A stretch of DNA of 64,000 nucleotides, taken from contig CAIPWR010000108.1 of assembly GCA_903868795.1 (NCBI GenBank), positions 5,589-69,588 of the forward strand, in the 5' to 3' direction. Positions 1-10,519 of this stretch are shown here, in pieces. A program made the position numbers and the translations under genes. The DNA is from an uncultured Spartobacteria bacterium. GTDB taxonomy: Bacteria > Verrucomicrobiota > Verrucomicrobiia > Chthoniobacterales > UBA6821. The notes under the pieces are model-generated. The model worked only from the letters and a program-made list of their open reading frames with translations, was not told the DNA's origin and did not search any database. Every line of letters begins with the position of its first letter. Positions within the stretch are counted from its first letter, which is position 1.

Positions 1-1264
1 AAGAGTTGGGTTGAGATGCCAGGACGGTATGGAATATGTCGCCCTTTCGTTGGGTATTCTGCGATCAGGTTGTTGTCTTGTACCGATTGCTCCAGAATTG
101 ACTGAATCTGAGAGAGACAATCTTGTCTCAACGATCCAGTTGGACGCAGTAGTTCATCATCAGATCGCCTCAGATGATCAGATCTCTTTTTCAATAGAAG
201 AGCTTCCGGGCGGTCGGGTGAGCGCGGACTTTGATAATCTAAACCCTGCTTTCATTCGGTTTAGTTCCGGAACAACAGGTGCATCAAAGGGTATAGTATT
301 ATCCCACAAAACTCTTCTCGACCGGATTGAAACCGCAAACCGGGGACTAAAGATAATATCTCAAGACCGAGTTCTGTGGGTGTTGTCGATGTCGCATCAC
401 TATGCCGTCTCTATCATGCTGTACCTTTGGAATGGCGCAGCGATTGTTCTGCCAGAAAGTTACCTTCCCGGTGATTTGCTTGCCGCCGCTAATCGTGACC
501 AGGCAACTGTCATTTACGCTGCTCCATGCCATTTTATCTTTCTCACTTCTGGAGAGAATACGGAAAAATTCTCATGGTCTTCCTTGCGGTTGGCGGTTTC
601 TACAACAGCGCCGCTGCTTCAAGAGACCGCAGAAAGATTTACAGCAACTTATGGAGTTCGTCCTCTCCAAGCATTGGGAGTCATGGAAGTCGGGCTGCCC
701 TTTATCAATAACTCTAATGATGGGTTAAGGGATTCTTCTGTGGGGCGCCCATTGCCCGGTTTTGATGTAGAGATTCGAGATACAGCCGGGGTGGCTGTAG
801 GGGCTGGTATTCAAGGAGAACTTTTTGTGAAAGGTCCCGGGATGTTCGACGCGTATATTGATCCATGGCAATTGAGAGAGCAGGTGACTGCACCTGACGG
901 ATGGTTTACTACAGGGGATATCGCGAGGATGGATTCTGCGGGCTATGTCTATCTTCTTGGCCGATCAAGGACGATCATCAATGTGGGGGGAATGAAGTTT
1001 TTCCCAGAGGAGGTTGAAAGGTGCATCGGTACGGTACCAGGTGTCTTAGAATCAAGGGTTATTGCAACCCATCATCCCACTTTTGGATCGGTTCCCATTG
1101 CCGAGATTGTGAAAGCAGATAAAGAGGATGTGCAGATCAAAACCCTTTTGATGCATTGCAGAAAACACCTTGCCCGATACAAAGTGCCGATCGATTTCCG
1201 CTTTGTATCCTCCATCCCTAAGACACCAACTGGAAAAATCAAAAGGACAACATCTTCATTGTAA
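1..1264 (+). CDS. AMP-dependent synthetase/ligase (adenylate-forming aryl/acyl ligase); 5' end lies outside the window
   Basis: The frame of ORF 11..1264 stays open to position 2. Adenylation cores present: SSGTTGASKG, TTGDIARMD, GRSRTIINVGGMKFFPEEVE, PKTPTGKIKR. Confidence 0.9.
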   Translation, partial: RVGLRCQDGMEYVALSLGILRSGCCLVPIAPELTESERDNLVSTIQLDAVVHHQIASDDQISFSIEELPGGRVSADFDNLNPAFIRFSSGTTGASKGIVLSHKTLLDRIETANRGLKIISQDRVLWVLSMSHHYAVSIMLYLWNGAAIVLPESYLPGDLLAAANRDQATVIYAAPCHFIFLTSGENTEKFSWSSLRLAVSTTAPLLQETAERFTATYGVRPLQALGVMEVGLPFINNSNDGLRDSSVGRPLPGFDVEIRDTAGVAVGAGIQGELFVKGPGMFDAYIDPWQLREQVTAPDGWFTTGDIARMDSAGYVYLLGRSRTIINVGGMKFFPEEVERCIGTVPGVLESRVIATHHPTFGSVPIAEIVKADKEDVQIKTLLMHCRKHLARYKVPIDFRFVSSIPKTPTGKIKRTTSSL

Positions 1265-1312
1265 TAATTCATGAATTTACATGAACAATCTTGCGAGATC
1301 TCTTGATCGCAT

Positions 1313-1753
1313 ATGTTTTGGGGTTTACGATTGTGCAGTATGAGAATCATTCTTTTAATTGCTCTTATCGGCTCAGTTTTTTTGCAGGCTGGATGCTCGA
1401 ATGCCGAAAAATATGCCGCTAACCAATCAGCTTCATCTTCTTGGCTGAAGGCTACTGCTGGCACTTCGAGGGTCAGCATTGATGGCACATGGCAATCTTT
1501 AGAGTTCGGATGGGGAGGAGATGGACGATTTGTTCAAACCGGCAACCAGATTACTGGCGCTCTTGGTAATTACTCTGTCCGGGGTGTTATTAACGGATCG
1601 ACCGTCTATCTAACTTTTGATTCGAATGGGTGGACCTACTACACGGGTATTCTGAAAAAGAACGGAAACATGCTTGCCGGCTTTTATTCCAGCTCAGTGC
1701 CTTTTTCATCTCAAAATCAGGGAGTTCTGACTTTGCGTAAAATAGCCGATTAA
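1313..1753 (+). CDS. small putative lipoprotein
   Basis: Hydrophobic N-terminus ending in the lipobox-like LQAGC. No recognisable domain. Confidence 0.5.
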   Translation: MFWGLRLCSMRIILLIALIGSVFLQAGCSNAEKYAANQSASSSWLKATAGTSRVSIDGTWQSLEFGWGGDGRFVQTGNQITGALGNYSVRGVINGSTVYLTFDSNGWTYYTGILKKNGNMLAGFYSSSVPFSSQNQGVLTLRKIAD

Positions 1754-1784
1754 ATAGACGCTTTAGACTGCAATCACTGATTTT

Positions 1785-3032
1785 TTGATGAAGATTGCAG
1801 TCATTGGAGGAGGCCCCTCCGGAAGTGTTGCTGCTGCGTTGCTCGCAGAACGCGGTCACAGTGTCTTTATTTTTGATCAGGGAAGGCGTCCAAATACACT
1901 TGCGGGAGAGTCCTTGGTTCCAGGCGTCATACCGATCCTCCGCAAGCTAGATATTGAGGAGAGGGTTGCAGCAATTAGCGTATTCAAGCCAGGTGTTTCA
2001 TTCTATCCAGGAGGGGGTAAGGAGTTCGCCTTCAGCTTTACCTCGCTGCCAAGGAAGAATCCCCAGTATGCCTACAATGTTCCTAGGCCAGCTTTTGACA
2101 ATCTGCTGCAAAGCCGAGCTTTGGAGTTGGGGGCCATCAAGGTCAATATTAAGGCAGAATTGCATTCTTCAGGAGACAGGCTCTTGTTGTCTCCTGACAC
2201 ACTTAAAAGTGTCAATGCATGGCAAGGAGTGCAACCAGATCTGATTGTTGACGCCTCCGGTCGGCGCAGGATGAGTTCCAAGCTCTTGGACATTCAATCC
2301 GAGACTGGCCCGCGCCGTGATGTTGCTTTCTTCGCCCATTTCCAGGGTTTCTTTCCTGAGACCCCATCAGGTCAGGTAAGGATCAACCGACTTTCGAATG
2401 GTTGGTCTTGGAGGATCCCATTGAGGGATAAAATGTCAGTGGGTGTTGTCATGTCCCAGAAAGACGCCGCTGAACTTGGGACTTCTTCAGCTGAACGACT
2501 CGAGGAAGCAATCAGAAGAGATCCTATACTGAGGAAGGAATCCAAAGACCTTCAACGGGTTTCTGAGGTTCGCACGTATGGGAACTACCAACTGATTGCT
2601 CATCGCGGGAGTGGTAAGAACTGGGCAGCAGTTGGTGATGCATTCGGATTTGTGGATCCCATGTTGTCTCCTGGTATGATGATCGCAATGGACTCTGCTT
2701 TGCTGCTATGCAAGGAGCTAGAGAGATTTCCAATACAGAATGCCTTGGAGAGTTACTCCCAGCGAGTTACTCACGAGTTAAGATCATGGATGGATCTCAT
2801 CTCCTATTTCTATAACGGCAGGATCTTTGAACTTCATGATGCAGGTAAAGCATTCCAGAACCAATATCACTACCTGCCTCTTGAATTTATGGAGTCTTTT
2901 ATGAGCAGGAACATGGCAGGTATGGCCTCGGGCTTTACAACCTCATCTCCATTCAGTCGAGGAGTGCTAAAAAATATGGACCGATGGGTTTTGGGTGAAT
3001 CTGCAACGGATCAAAAATATGCAATCATCTAG
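1785..3032 (+). CDS. FAD-dependent halogenase-like oxidoreductase (copy 1)
   Basis: N-terminal IGGGPSGS dinucleotide fold, GESLVP motif, and the GWSWRIPL (WxWxIP) signature of flavin-dependent halogenases. Confidence 0.7.
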   Translation: MMKIAVIGGGPSGSVAAALLAERGHSVFIFDQGRRPNTLAGESLVPGVIPILRKLDIEERVAAISVFKPGVSFYPGGGKEFAFSFTSLPRKNPQYAYNVPRPAFDNLLQSRALELGAIKVNIKAELHSSGDRLLLSPDTLKSVNAWQGVQPDLIVDASGRRRMSSKLLDIQSETGPRRDVAFFAHFQGFFPETPSGQVRINRLSNGWSWRIPLRDKMSVGVVMSQKDAAELGTSSAERLEEAIRRDPILRKESKDLQRVSEVRTYGNYQLIAHRGSGKNWAAVGDAFGFVDPMLSPGMMIAMDSALLLCKELERFPIQNALESYSQRVTHELRSWMDLISYFYNGRIFELHDAGKAFQNQYHYLPLEFMESFMSRNMAGMASGFTTSSPFSRGVLKNMDRWVLGESATDQKYAII

Positions 3033-3089
3033 TTCTATCAACCCACTCAATAATTAATCCTCGGATGCGAATCCTTTGCTCTTTTTTAG

Positions 3090-4319
3090 ATGAATAACCC
3101 TACAGCTAGTGCTGCGGCTTTTTTTCTCCAGCTTTCCTTGATATTAGCTGCATGCGGGGCCTGCCGTGCGGTCATGCGAAGGATTGGTCAGTCCCCTGTG
3201 ATTGGAGAGATGATTGCCGGTGTTCTCCTGGGCCCATCGCTTTTTGGTATCATTGCCCCAGATCTCTTTCAGGCCGTTTTTTCTGCAGCATCTCGTCCTG
3301 TGTTGTTTGCAGTGGCTCAGCTTGGGCTCTCTCTCTACATGTTTGTAGTAGGCTTAGAATTCCGAACAGATGTCTTTCGCGCAAATCTGAGAACTGCGGC
3401 GCTAGTTTCAGGAGCAGGTATAATCGCACCTTTTATCTTCGCAGGCTTCATAGCATTTTGGCTGGAGCAAAAGGGGGGGTACTTTACGCCGCATGTCTCC
3501 CTAGCTATGGCTGTACTTTTTATCGGCGCTGCTATGTCAATTACGGCATTCCCCATGCTTGCGAGGATTATTCGTGAAAATGGATTGAAGGGCACAACCG
3601 CAGGAACGGTTGCCCTTGCTGCTGGCAGCTTTGATGATGTTGTTGCCTGGATGCTCCTTGCGACTGTGTTGGGGTGTGTTTCTGGAAATCTAATGCTCGT
3701 TGTAGCGGCTCTGGGTGGTGGCCTGCTCTATACATTATTTTGCTTAAAGTTAATTAGCCCTGTCCTTCACCACTACTTCAGAGATCAGAAAAACGATTCA
3801 GCGCTGCTTGGGGTACTGATGCTTCTTTTGGGTTTATGTTCCTGGTTTACTGACTTGATCGGTCTCTATTCTGTATTTGGAGCATTCATTCTAGGTCTCG
3901 CTGTGCCAAGAGGAGGGGCAGCAGAGAAAACCGCAGAGCGTATTAGTCCTGTTACCACGGCGCTACTGCTACCGTTCTTCTTTACCTATTCAGGATTGAA
4001 CACTCGTTTTTCGCTGCTGAACTCTCCCTCGCTATGGCTGATATGCTTGTGCCTAGTCCTGGCAGCAGTAGCCGCAAAACTCGGTGCCTGCTATGGAGCC
4101 GCTCGCTTTTGTGGAAAGACTCATTCCGATGCTCTCACTATTGCGTCACTGATGAATGCGCGCGGGCTTATGGAACTTATTCTTTTGAATATAGGACTTC
4201 AGGCTGGGCTGATCACTCCAACACTTTTCACCATGCTTGTCCTGATGGCTGTTGTGACTACTTTGATGGCAGCACCCGGATTTAATGCTGCGAGGAGACT
4301 CTCAGCCAGTAACTACTGA
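3090..4319 (+). CDS. cation:proton antiporter (CPA/Kef-type Na+/H+ exchanger family)
   Basis: 409 aa and polytopic, with many hydrophobic segments. N-terminal GQSPVIGEMIAGVLLGPS is typical of the CPA family. Confidence 0.75.
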   Translation: MNNPTASAAAFFLQLSLILAACGACRAVMRRIGQSPVIGEMIAGVLLGPSLFGIIAPDLFQAVFSAASRPVLFAVAQLGLSLYMFVVGLEFRTDVFRANLRTAALVSGAGIIAPFIFAGFIAFWLEQKGGYFTPHVSLAMAVLFIGAAMSITAFPMLARIIRENGLKGTTAGTVALAAGSFDDVVAWMLLATVLGCVSGNLMLVVAALGGGLLYTLFCLKLISPVLHHYFRDQKNDSALLGVLMLLLGLCSWFTDLIGLYSVFGAFILGLAVPRGGAAEKTAERISPVTTALLLPFFFTYSGLNTRFSLLNSPSLWLICLCLVLAAVAAKLGACYGAARFCGKTHSDALTIASLMNARGLMELILLNIGLQAGLITPTLFTMLVLMAVVTTLMAAPGFNAARRLSASNY

Positions 4320-5049
4320 AAGGAGTCTTCCCCCAAAGAGGTTTTGTTTCCACTTGGCATCGTTCCTTTTCAAAAGTTGAGATAAGATGTTTAAGTTCGG
4401 GAAAATTAATTGTCCCGCCCTGAATCCATCCCGTCATCCGAGTCCACCATTCTTCAAGTAGGGTCATTATGGATCGCCATCCGCATCCACGGACACCATT
4501 TCGGATTAGCACTGTGCTTCCGTTGCGAGCTGCTGAAGCGAGACGACGAATAAAGAACTCTTGTTCTCTTTTGGGTAGGTAGTGAAGAATATCAAATGCA
4601 CAAATGATCTCCGCGTTGTCCAATGGAAAATTCAAAAGGTTGCCTTGCTGCAAGTCTAGTTGGTGCCCCAGTCGATTAGACGCGTTAATACCCGCTATGA
4701 TTTTCCAGCCCCCCAAGTCACAGCCACGATATTTTGCGTCATGTCCATGAAAATAGAGAAAAAGTCCAAGAAGCCCTAATCCGCAACCGAGATCAACTAT
4801 CATTCCACTAGTGCCTTGCACTGCAGTTAACGCGGTATCAAACACAGGATCAGCTGTGAGTTTACCTTGAATATAGCCCCGAAGCCACCTTCCCCCTGAA
4901 AATGACTGAGCAATCTTTTTGATGACTGCACGCTGCGTAGTCATGAGTCGTTTTTTAGAGAATAACAATTTGATACATGGTGTAAGGTATTTGTCATTAT
5001 CTTGTTGCGAATCAATTGTGACAGGTATGGAAAAATTCTGGGGGAGCAA
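4282..5049 (-). CDS. class I SAM-dependent methyltransferase
   Basis: MIVDLGCGLGLLG glycine-rich SAM motif. The start is uncertain: TTG at 5049 or ATG at 4944. Confidence 0.7.
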   Translation of the reverse strand: MLPQNFSIPVTIDSQQDNDKYLTPCIKLLFSKKRLMTTQRAVIKKIAQSFSGGRWLRGYIQGKLTADPVFDTALTAVQGTSGMIVDLGCGLGLLGLFLYFHGHDAKYRGCDLGGWKIIAGINASNRLGHQLDLQQGNLLNFPLDNAEIICAFDILHYLPKREQEFFIRRLASAARNGSTVLIRNGVRGCGWRSIMTLLEEWWTRMTGWIQGGTINFPELKHLISTFEKERCQVETKPLWGKTPFSSYWLRVSSQH

Positions 5050-5067
5050 CTAGCCTTGAGATGAATC

Positions 5068-5904
5068 ATGGAAAACGGTGAGCCCCAGTTCAAGAACGAA
5101 CCCCTCAGCCATGTTGCTGCAGACTCGAGAGTTCACCTCACGCTTCTAGGAAATCTCAAACAGAAGGGTGCTCACCTATATTTTATCGTTACGGCACTTC
5201 TTTTGGGGGTTCGGTGGCAGATCCTGATCCTCACCGGTCTCAAAAAACACGATCCCTCCAAGGAACGCCTTCGTCTGGGACTTGGATCACTCAAATATAT
5301 CACCTTGCTCGAATCCTGGGGTCTCATACGTACTGAGTTTGTCGGTTTCGACGACGCCTCATCGTGGAGGGGACGGATTATCGCGCCGAATCACCCCTCA
5401 ATGATTGATGCCATATTGATCATGTCCAGAGTCATGCAGACTGACTGTGTGATCAATGCCAAGCTTCTCTCAAACCCACTCACCGTTGGCGCCGCAAGAC
5501 TCTGTAACTTCATTCTTAATGACAGCACCTTGGGGATGATCAAAACCTGCCAGACGAGGCTGGCAGAAGGTGCAAACATTTTGATCTTTCCCGAGGGAAC
5601 ACGTACCCGAACTCTGCCCCTAGGCCGCTTTTACCATTCCTATGCCTTAGCTGCTATCCGCGCTGGAGCCCCAATCCAAACGGTATTCATCGAGTGTGAT
5701 TCGAACTACTTCGGCAGCGAATTCTCTTTCATAAAACCCGCACGTTCAAAAGTCCCCCTTTTATTCAAGATCACTGCAGGCAAGGTCTTCCCCACGACAA
5801 GGGAGCTTTCTCCTCGTGAGCTTTCATCCGAAATCGAAAATTATTTCAGAGAGAATCTAACGAGCAATGGCGTTGGGGTCGCCCGTACAAGGTTTGCAAA
5901 ATGA
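5068..5904 (+). CDS. PlsC-family lysophospholipid/1-acylglycerol-3-phosphate acyltransferase
   Basis: NHPSMID (HX4D) and FPEGTRT acyltransferase motifs. Confidence 0.8.
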   Translation: MENGEPQFKNEPLSHVAADSRVHLTLLGNLKQKGAHLYFIVTALLLGVRWQILILTGLKKHDPSKERLRLGLGSLKYITLLESWGLIRTEFVGFDDASSWRGRIIAPNHPSMIDAILIMSRVMQTDCVINAKLLSNPLTVGAARLCNFILNDSTLGMIKTCQTRLAEGANILIFPEGTRTRTLPLGRFYHSYALAAIRAGAPIQTVFIECDSNYFGSEFSFIKPARSKVPLLFKITAGKVFPTTRELSPRELSSEIENYFRENLTSNGVGVARTRFAK

Positions 5905-6671
5905 AGTCCTTAGATTCACATTGCGTCATCATCCCAAGTTTTAACAGCGGAGATCTGCTGAGAAAAACAGTTCTAGAAGCATTGCAGAACTGTGACAGCG
6001 TTATCGTGGTAGATGATGGTTCTACTGATCAAAGTTGCGAAGGCTTGTGGGGATACCAAGACTCAAACAATGGGCTGACTATACTCACTCACGAAAAAAA
6101 TCTTGGTAAGGGAGCTGCTGTCATTACCGGAATGAGCCATGCCTTACAGAAAGGTTTCTCCCATGCAGCTGTATTTGATGCGGACGGACAGCATTATGCA
6201 GCGGATCTTCGACGCTTCATGGATCAATCTCGCCTGCATCCTGAGGCAATGATTCTGGGAGTTCCGATCTTTGATGCGGAGGCGCCTGCCCTTCGGGTCA
6301 ATGGACGATTAGTGGGTAACTGGTGGACGAACCTCGAGACACTTTGGGGAGGTGTACGAGATTCTCTGTATGGATTTCGGGTTTACCCGATTGAAGCATC
6401 CTTACAAGTCATGCGAAGCATTAAGGGAGGAAGACGTTTTGACTTTGATACCCAGCTTGCCGTCAGGCTCTATTGGAAGGGCATTCCGCCGCTGAATCTT
6501 GATACGCCAGTCACCTACAAGAAGAGGACACAAGGAGGTGTAACGCACTTCAAGTACGTAAGAGACAACCTGCTACTCGTTTATGTACATACTCAGCTTG
6601 CTCTTACCGCCTTTACCATGATCCCAAGGCTGCTTCGATTGCGATCCCGGAGGGCTCTCGATTCCCAGTGA
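5901..6671 (+). CDS. family 2 glycosyltransferase
   Basis: IIPSFNSG, VVDDGSTD and DADGQH motifs. ATGA start/stop overlap with the upstream gene. Confidence 0.8.
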   Translation: MKSLDSHCVIIPSFNSGDLLRKTVLEALQNCDSVIVVDDGSTDQSCEGLWGYQDSNNGLTILTHEKNLGKGAAVITGMSHALQKGFSHAAVFDADGQHYAADLRRFMDQSRLHPEAMILGVPIFDAEAPALRVNGRLVGNWWTNLETLWGGVRDSLYGFRVYPIEASLQVMRSIKGGRRFDFDTQLAVRLYWKGIPPLNLDTPVTYKKRTQGGVTHFKYVRDNLLLVYVHTQLALTAFTMIPRLLRLRSRRALDSQ

Positions 6672-7459
6672 ATTATCTCACTCCAAAACAGAGACGTAGA
6701 ATTGGCTATGTCTCAGCAGGAGCTTTAGGATTTGGGGCGATAAAGACAGGTCTGGCTGGAGCTGCGGGAACAAGTAGCATTCTAGCAGTTGGTAGCGGAG
6801 CCGTCCTGCTGATCCCTTCACTGCTTCGCAACTGTTCATTGTACGGTCAGGTGATCACGAGTTTTGTGCCGGTAGGCAGGCAGGTCTGGTTGACCATCGA
6901 TGATGGGCCCACACCTGAAAACACTCTCGAAATGCTCGATGTGCTCTCTCGGAATAATGCCAAGGCGACTTTTTTTTGCATTGGAAAGCGCATTGCAGAT
7001 AACCCTGAACTTACCACTGCAATTCATTCTGCCGGTCATTCTCTTCAAAATCACACATACAGCCATTCAGTAGGCACTTTTTGGGCTACCACCAGACGCA
7101 GGGCTTTATTGGAAATCAGGGAATGTAGCCGTCTGATCCAAAATGCCTCGGGGATATCCCCTATCCAGTTTAGAGCACCTGCAGGACTTGCAAACCCATT
7201 GCTTCATCGTGCCGTTGAAGACGCTGGGTTGAGCTTTGTCGGTTGGTCCGCTTCCGGACTTGATGGGGTTCCGCGCGACCCCACGGCAGTAATTGAGAGA
7301 ATCATGCACTCTGTAAAACCGGGGGCAATCATTCTTCTTCACGAGAGCTCTCTGAAGAATATGAAGCCAGGAACAAGAGCCAAGACCCTTGAAATACTCC
7401 TGAAGAGGCTTCACCAAGAGGGGTTCACCACCACAATACCGAGCCTGCAATTGAGCTGA
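6668..7459 (+). CDS. polysaccharide deacetylase (NodB/CE4 family)
   Basis: TIDDGP and HTYSH motifs. GTGA overlap with the GT2 gene. Confidence 0.8.
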   Translation: MNYLTPKQRRRIGYVSAGALGFGAIKTGLAGAAGTSSILAVGSGAVLLIPSLLRNCSLYGQVITSFVPVGRQVWLTIDDGPTPENTLEMLDVLSRNNAKATFFCIGKRIADNPELTTAIHSAGHSLQNHTYSHSVGTFWATTRRRALLEIRECSRLIQNASGISPIQFRAPAGLANPLLHRAVEDAGLSFVGWSASGLDGVPRDPTAVIERIMHSVKPGAIILLHESSLKNMKPGTRAKTLEILLKRLHQEGFTTTIPSLQLS

Positions 7460-7509
7460 TCTTTTCTTGTCCGCCGAGGGGCATCTGCTGTTATACTACC
7501 GATCATTTT

Positions 7510-7788
7510 ATGTCAGAAATCACCATTGATGCCCTGAAGACGATTCTGGTCGAGAACTGCATGGTCAAAGTGGATCTCTCGACGATTTCAGAAGAGACTC
7601 CCCTTTTTGGTCCTGAAGGGATCGGGCTGGACTCCCTGGATGCGCTCCAGATCATCATCGCTGTTGAAAAACAGTACGGAGTCATCATAGGAGACCCGAC
7701 TGCTGCTCGGGATGCACTTCAAAGTTTGGGTGTTCTTCGTGATTGGGTCTTGAAAGCCGTAGCCGTACGTCAGTCCGCGATTAACTGA
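7510..7788 (+). CDS. acyl carrier protein
   Basis: 92 aa with the GLDSLDALQ phosphopantetheine-attachment motif. Confidence 0.85.
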   Translation: MSEITIDALKTILVENCMVKVDLSTISEETPLFGPEGIGLDSLDALQIIIAVEKQYGVIIGDPTAARDALQSLGVLRDWVLKAVAVRQSAIN

Positions 7789-7790
7789 CC

Positions 7791-9062
7791 ATGAAACCAA
7801 GCAATCTATACGATGTCGTAATCATCGGGGGGGGGCCTTCAGGTTCTGCTGCGGGGGCACAACTTGCTAAAAGTGGCAAACGTGTGTTGATCCTAGAAAA
7901 GGAGTCGTTTCCTAGATTTACGGTTGGTGAATCTCTGTTGCCTCATGGGAATGATCTTCTTCGAGAGATAGGTGTCTGGGATAAGATGGAACAGGCAGGC
8001 TTCATACGTAAATACGGTGCTGAGTTCTCTACAGGGGATGGAGGAAGACTTCAGCGTTTTTGGTTTGCCAAAAATCTCGGCCAATCCAAGGAATATTCGT
8101 ATCAGGTTGAACGCTCAAAGTTTGATCACATCTTATTGAACCACGCACGAGACCTAGGGTGTGAGGTTTTAGAACAAACGAGAGTACAGGATCTGATTCA
8201 AAATAATCCCGAAAGAATTGAACTGGAATGCACTGGACCTCATGGTGCTCAGAGTTTTTCAAGTCGCTGGGTTATTGATGCTAGTGGAAGAAACTCGTTT
8301 GCAGGCAGTCGTGTGGGCTTGAAAAGAAAAAGCACACAAAAGAATCGGAGAGTTGCCATATATGGTCACTTCGAAGGAGTTTTTCGGAACAGTGGAAAAG
8401 CAGAAGGTCATATTACCATAGCACGATTGGCGGAGGGTTGGTTCTGGTTGATACCTCTTGCAGGCAATCGAACTTCTGTAGGCCTCGTTCTACCTGCAGA
8501 GCAAATGAAAGGAGGATCTCCTGATACACTCAAAGCGATTTTTAATCAGGCAGTTCAAGCAAACACCGAAGTTAAAACACGCATGCACGGGGCAACTCCC
8601 ATTACTCAACTTGCAGCAACAGGTGACTACAGCTGGAAGTTTTCATCATTTGCTTCTGAGAGAGTTATTCTTACCGGAGATGCCGCTGGATTTGTTGATC
8701 CCATATTCTCATCCGGTGTGATGCTGGCATTAAAGTCTGCCATGAGCGCATCTGATCTTATTAATCATGCTGATGCACACGATCGATTCCTTACCAGATG
8801 GGAAAGATTCACGTATACGCGCGAAATCACAGGCTGGATGAACCAGTACGCTCGCATCATCAGAGCATTTTACGACCGCGCAGGATTTGAGGTATTTATG
8901 AACCCTTCGTCGTTCATGAAGATTCCTGGAAGCATTGGCCGCCTTGTAGGGGGAGATGCTGATCCTAGTCTTTCAGATCGAATTCGTCGGGATGCATTTC
9001 ATGTTATCTGCAAAATCCAACGTTTTTTCCCGATTGCACCAGCAATTTCCTCACTGAGGTGA
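7791..9062 (+). CDS. FAD-dependent halogenase-like oxidoreductase (copy 2)
   Basis: IIGGGPSGS, GESLLP and GWFWLIPL (WxWxIP) motifs. Confidence 0.7.
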   Translation: MKPSNLYDVVIIGGGPSGSAAGAQLAKSGKRVLILEKESFPRFTVGESLLPHGNDLLREIGVWDKMEQAGFIRKYGAEFSTGDGGRLQRFWFAKNLGQSKEYSYQVERSKFDHILLNHARDLGCEVLEQTRVQDLIQNNPERIELECTGPHGAQSFSSRWVIDASGRNSFAGSRVGLKRKSTQKNRRVAIYGHFEGVFRNSGKAEGHITIARLAEGWFWLIPLAGNRTSVGLVLPAEQMKGGSPDTLKAIFNQAVQANTEVKTRMHGATPITQLAATGDYSWKFSSFASERVILTGDAAGFVDPIFSSGVMLALKSAMSASDLINHADAHDRFLTRWERFTYTREITGWMNQYARIIRAFYDRAGFEVFMNPSSFMKIPGSIGRLVGGDADPSLSDRIRRDAFHVICKIQRFFPIAPAISSLR

Positions 9063-10073
9063 TTGAGGGTAAAATTCCTCGAGCTATTTCTCAGACTTTT
9101 GAATTTGCCGATGTCTATGAACAGGCACGATCGTGATTATAGGGGTAGGAGTTTTTACCGCTTCCTCTACAATGCATGGTGGTTCGAGTTTGTTCTTTTT
9201 GCATGGCGAATTGTCGGGAAAAGACTGGGTAGGTTTATCTCTCGAGGCATAGGCCTAGCATATTCTCTGACTCATCCAGCAACGGTAAGGGCGATCCGTT
9301 CAAATGTTGCTCTATTGGCACCAGATAAGGCCTCTTTTCGGACTGCCTGCAGGCTACTCATGAACCAGGCTGAATGCTTTTCTATCTACGGAGAGTTGGC
9401 TGCTATCGAGCCTGAAAAAGTTATGGGCCTTCTAGCCAAAAAAGAGGGTTTCCAATTTCTTAAGCAGGCCCATGAAGAAGGGAAAGGGTGTCTTCTGGTT
9501 ACTGGCCACCTGGGGTTCTTCGAGCTTGGTGGCCTCGTGATGAGGCAAATGGATTTCCCTATGACTGCATTGACTCAGCCTGAGCCTTCGCCGGGACTGA
9601 CCCAATGGCGGGCAGACTTCAGGGAAAGATGGGGGGTCAACACCATTGTGGTTGGGGATGATGCCTTTTCAGTTGTTGAAATTGCTAGAACCCTTCGAAA
9701 TGGCGGATTCGTAGCAATGCTTGCTGACCGACCTTACAACAACAGTAACTCCATACCTGTGGAATGTCCCTATGGGCACATGCTGTTTTCGGGAGCCCCA
9801 GTCCTTATTTCTCTTGTCTCCGGGTGTCCCATTATCCCTGTGGGGGTAACAACCCACAGTGATGGGAAGTTCCAAATCACGGCACAACCTCCGATTTATC
9901 CTAAATGGTTACCTGAGGGGAGGGAGCAAAGTCTCGCACACTACACACGGCAGATTGCCAAATCTCTGATCCCGATGTTTATGGAAAACCCTGATCAATG
10001 GTATCATTTCTCGCCGCTAGGATGCACTGCGTCATCCGGGTCGAGCTTAAAACCTGCTTCTACAATCACATGA
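9063..10073 (+). CDS. LpxL/HtrB-type lipid acyltransferase family protein
   Basis: Size and a TGHLGFFE motif resembling the H(x)GNWE box of lauroyl acyltransferases. The start is uncertain (TTG at 9063). Confidence 0.6.
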   Translation: MRVKFLELFLRLLNLPMSMNRHDRDYRGRSFYRFLYNAWWFEFVLFAWRIVGKRLGRFISRGIGLAYSLTHPATVRAIRSNVALLAPDKASFRTACRLLMNQAECFSIYGELAAIEPEKVMGLLAKKEGFQFLKQAHEEGKGCLLVTGHLGFFELGGLVMRQMDFPMTALTQPEPSPGLTQWRADFRERWGVNTIVVGDDAFSVVEIARTLRNGGFVAMLADRPYNNSNSIPVECPYGHMLFSGAPVLISLVSGCPIIPVGVTTHSDGKFQITAQPPIYPKWLPEGREQSLAHYTRQIAKSLIPMFMENPDQWYHFSPLGCTASSGSSLKPASTIT

Positions 10074-10492
10074 GCCAGGGCGCCCTCACTCCGCATGGAC
10101 CAGGTTTTCGCTTTGTAGATCGTTTCGAGAAGTCTAGTGCAGATTCTGGAATCGCATGGAAGACATTCAATGGAACAGAACCATTCTTCGCTGACCACTT
10201 TCCGGATAACCCATTACTGCCCGCGGTTCTTCTTGTAGAATGTGCAGCCCAGGCAGCGGGTATTCTTTGCATGCACGGGTCCACGGAACATCTTGAACCA
10301 ATGTTTCTGGCGAGCATTGACCAGTTCCGAGTTATCGCTGCTGTTTATCCCGGAGATACACTCAAAAGTAGCGTAGCAATCATCAAAACATTCGGGCATC
10401 TTGTTCAGGTAGAAGCAGAATGCCATGTTGGAGACAAAGCTGTTGCAAGGGGGCGGTTGATGCTGAGTCGTCAATTAGGTTCAGCATCTTAA
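10070..10492 (+). CDS. FabA/FabZ-like hotdog-fold dehydratase
   Basis: HFPDNPLLPAVLLVE motif. ATG at 10070 overlaps the upstream stop (ATGA). Confidence 0.75.
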   Translation: MSQGALTPHGPGFRFVDRFEKSSADSGIAWKTFNGTEPFFADHFPDNPLLPAVLLVECAAQAAGILCMHGSTEHLEPMFLASIDQFRVIAAVYPGDTLKSSVAIIKTFGHLVQVEAECHVGDKAVARGRLMLSRQLGSAS

Positions 10493-10519
10493 TGAGATTG
10501 AGCTAGCGCAATCATCAGG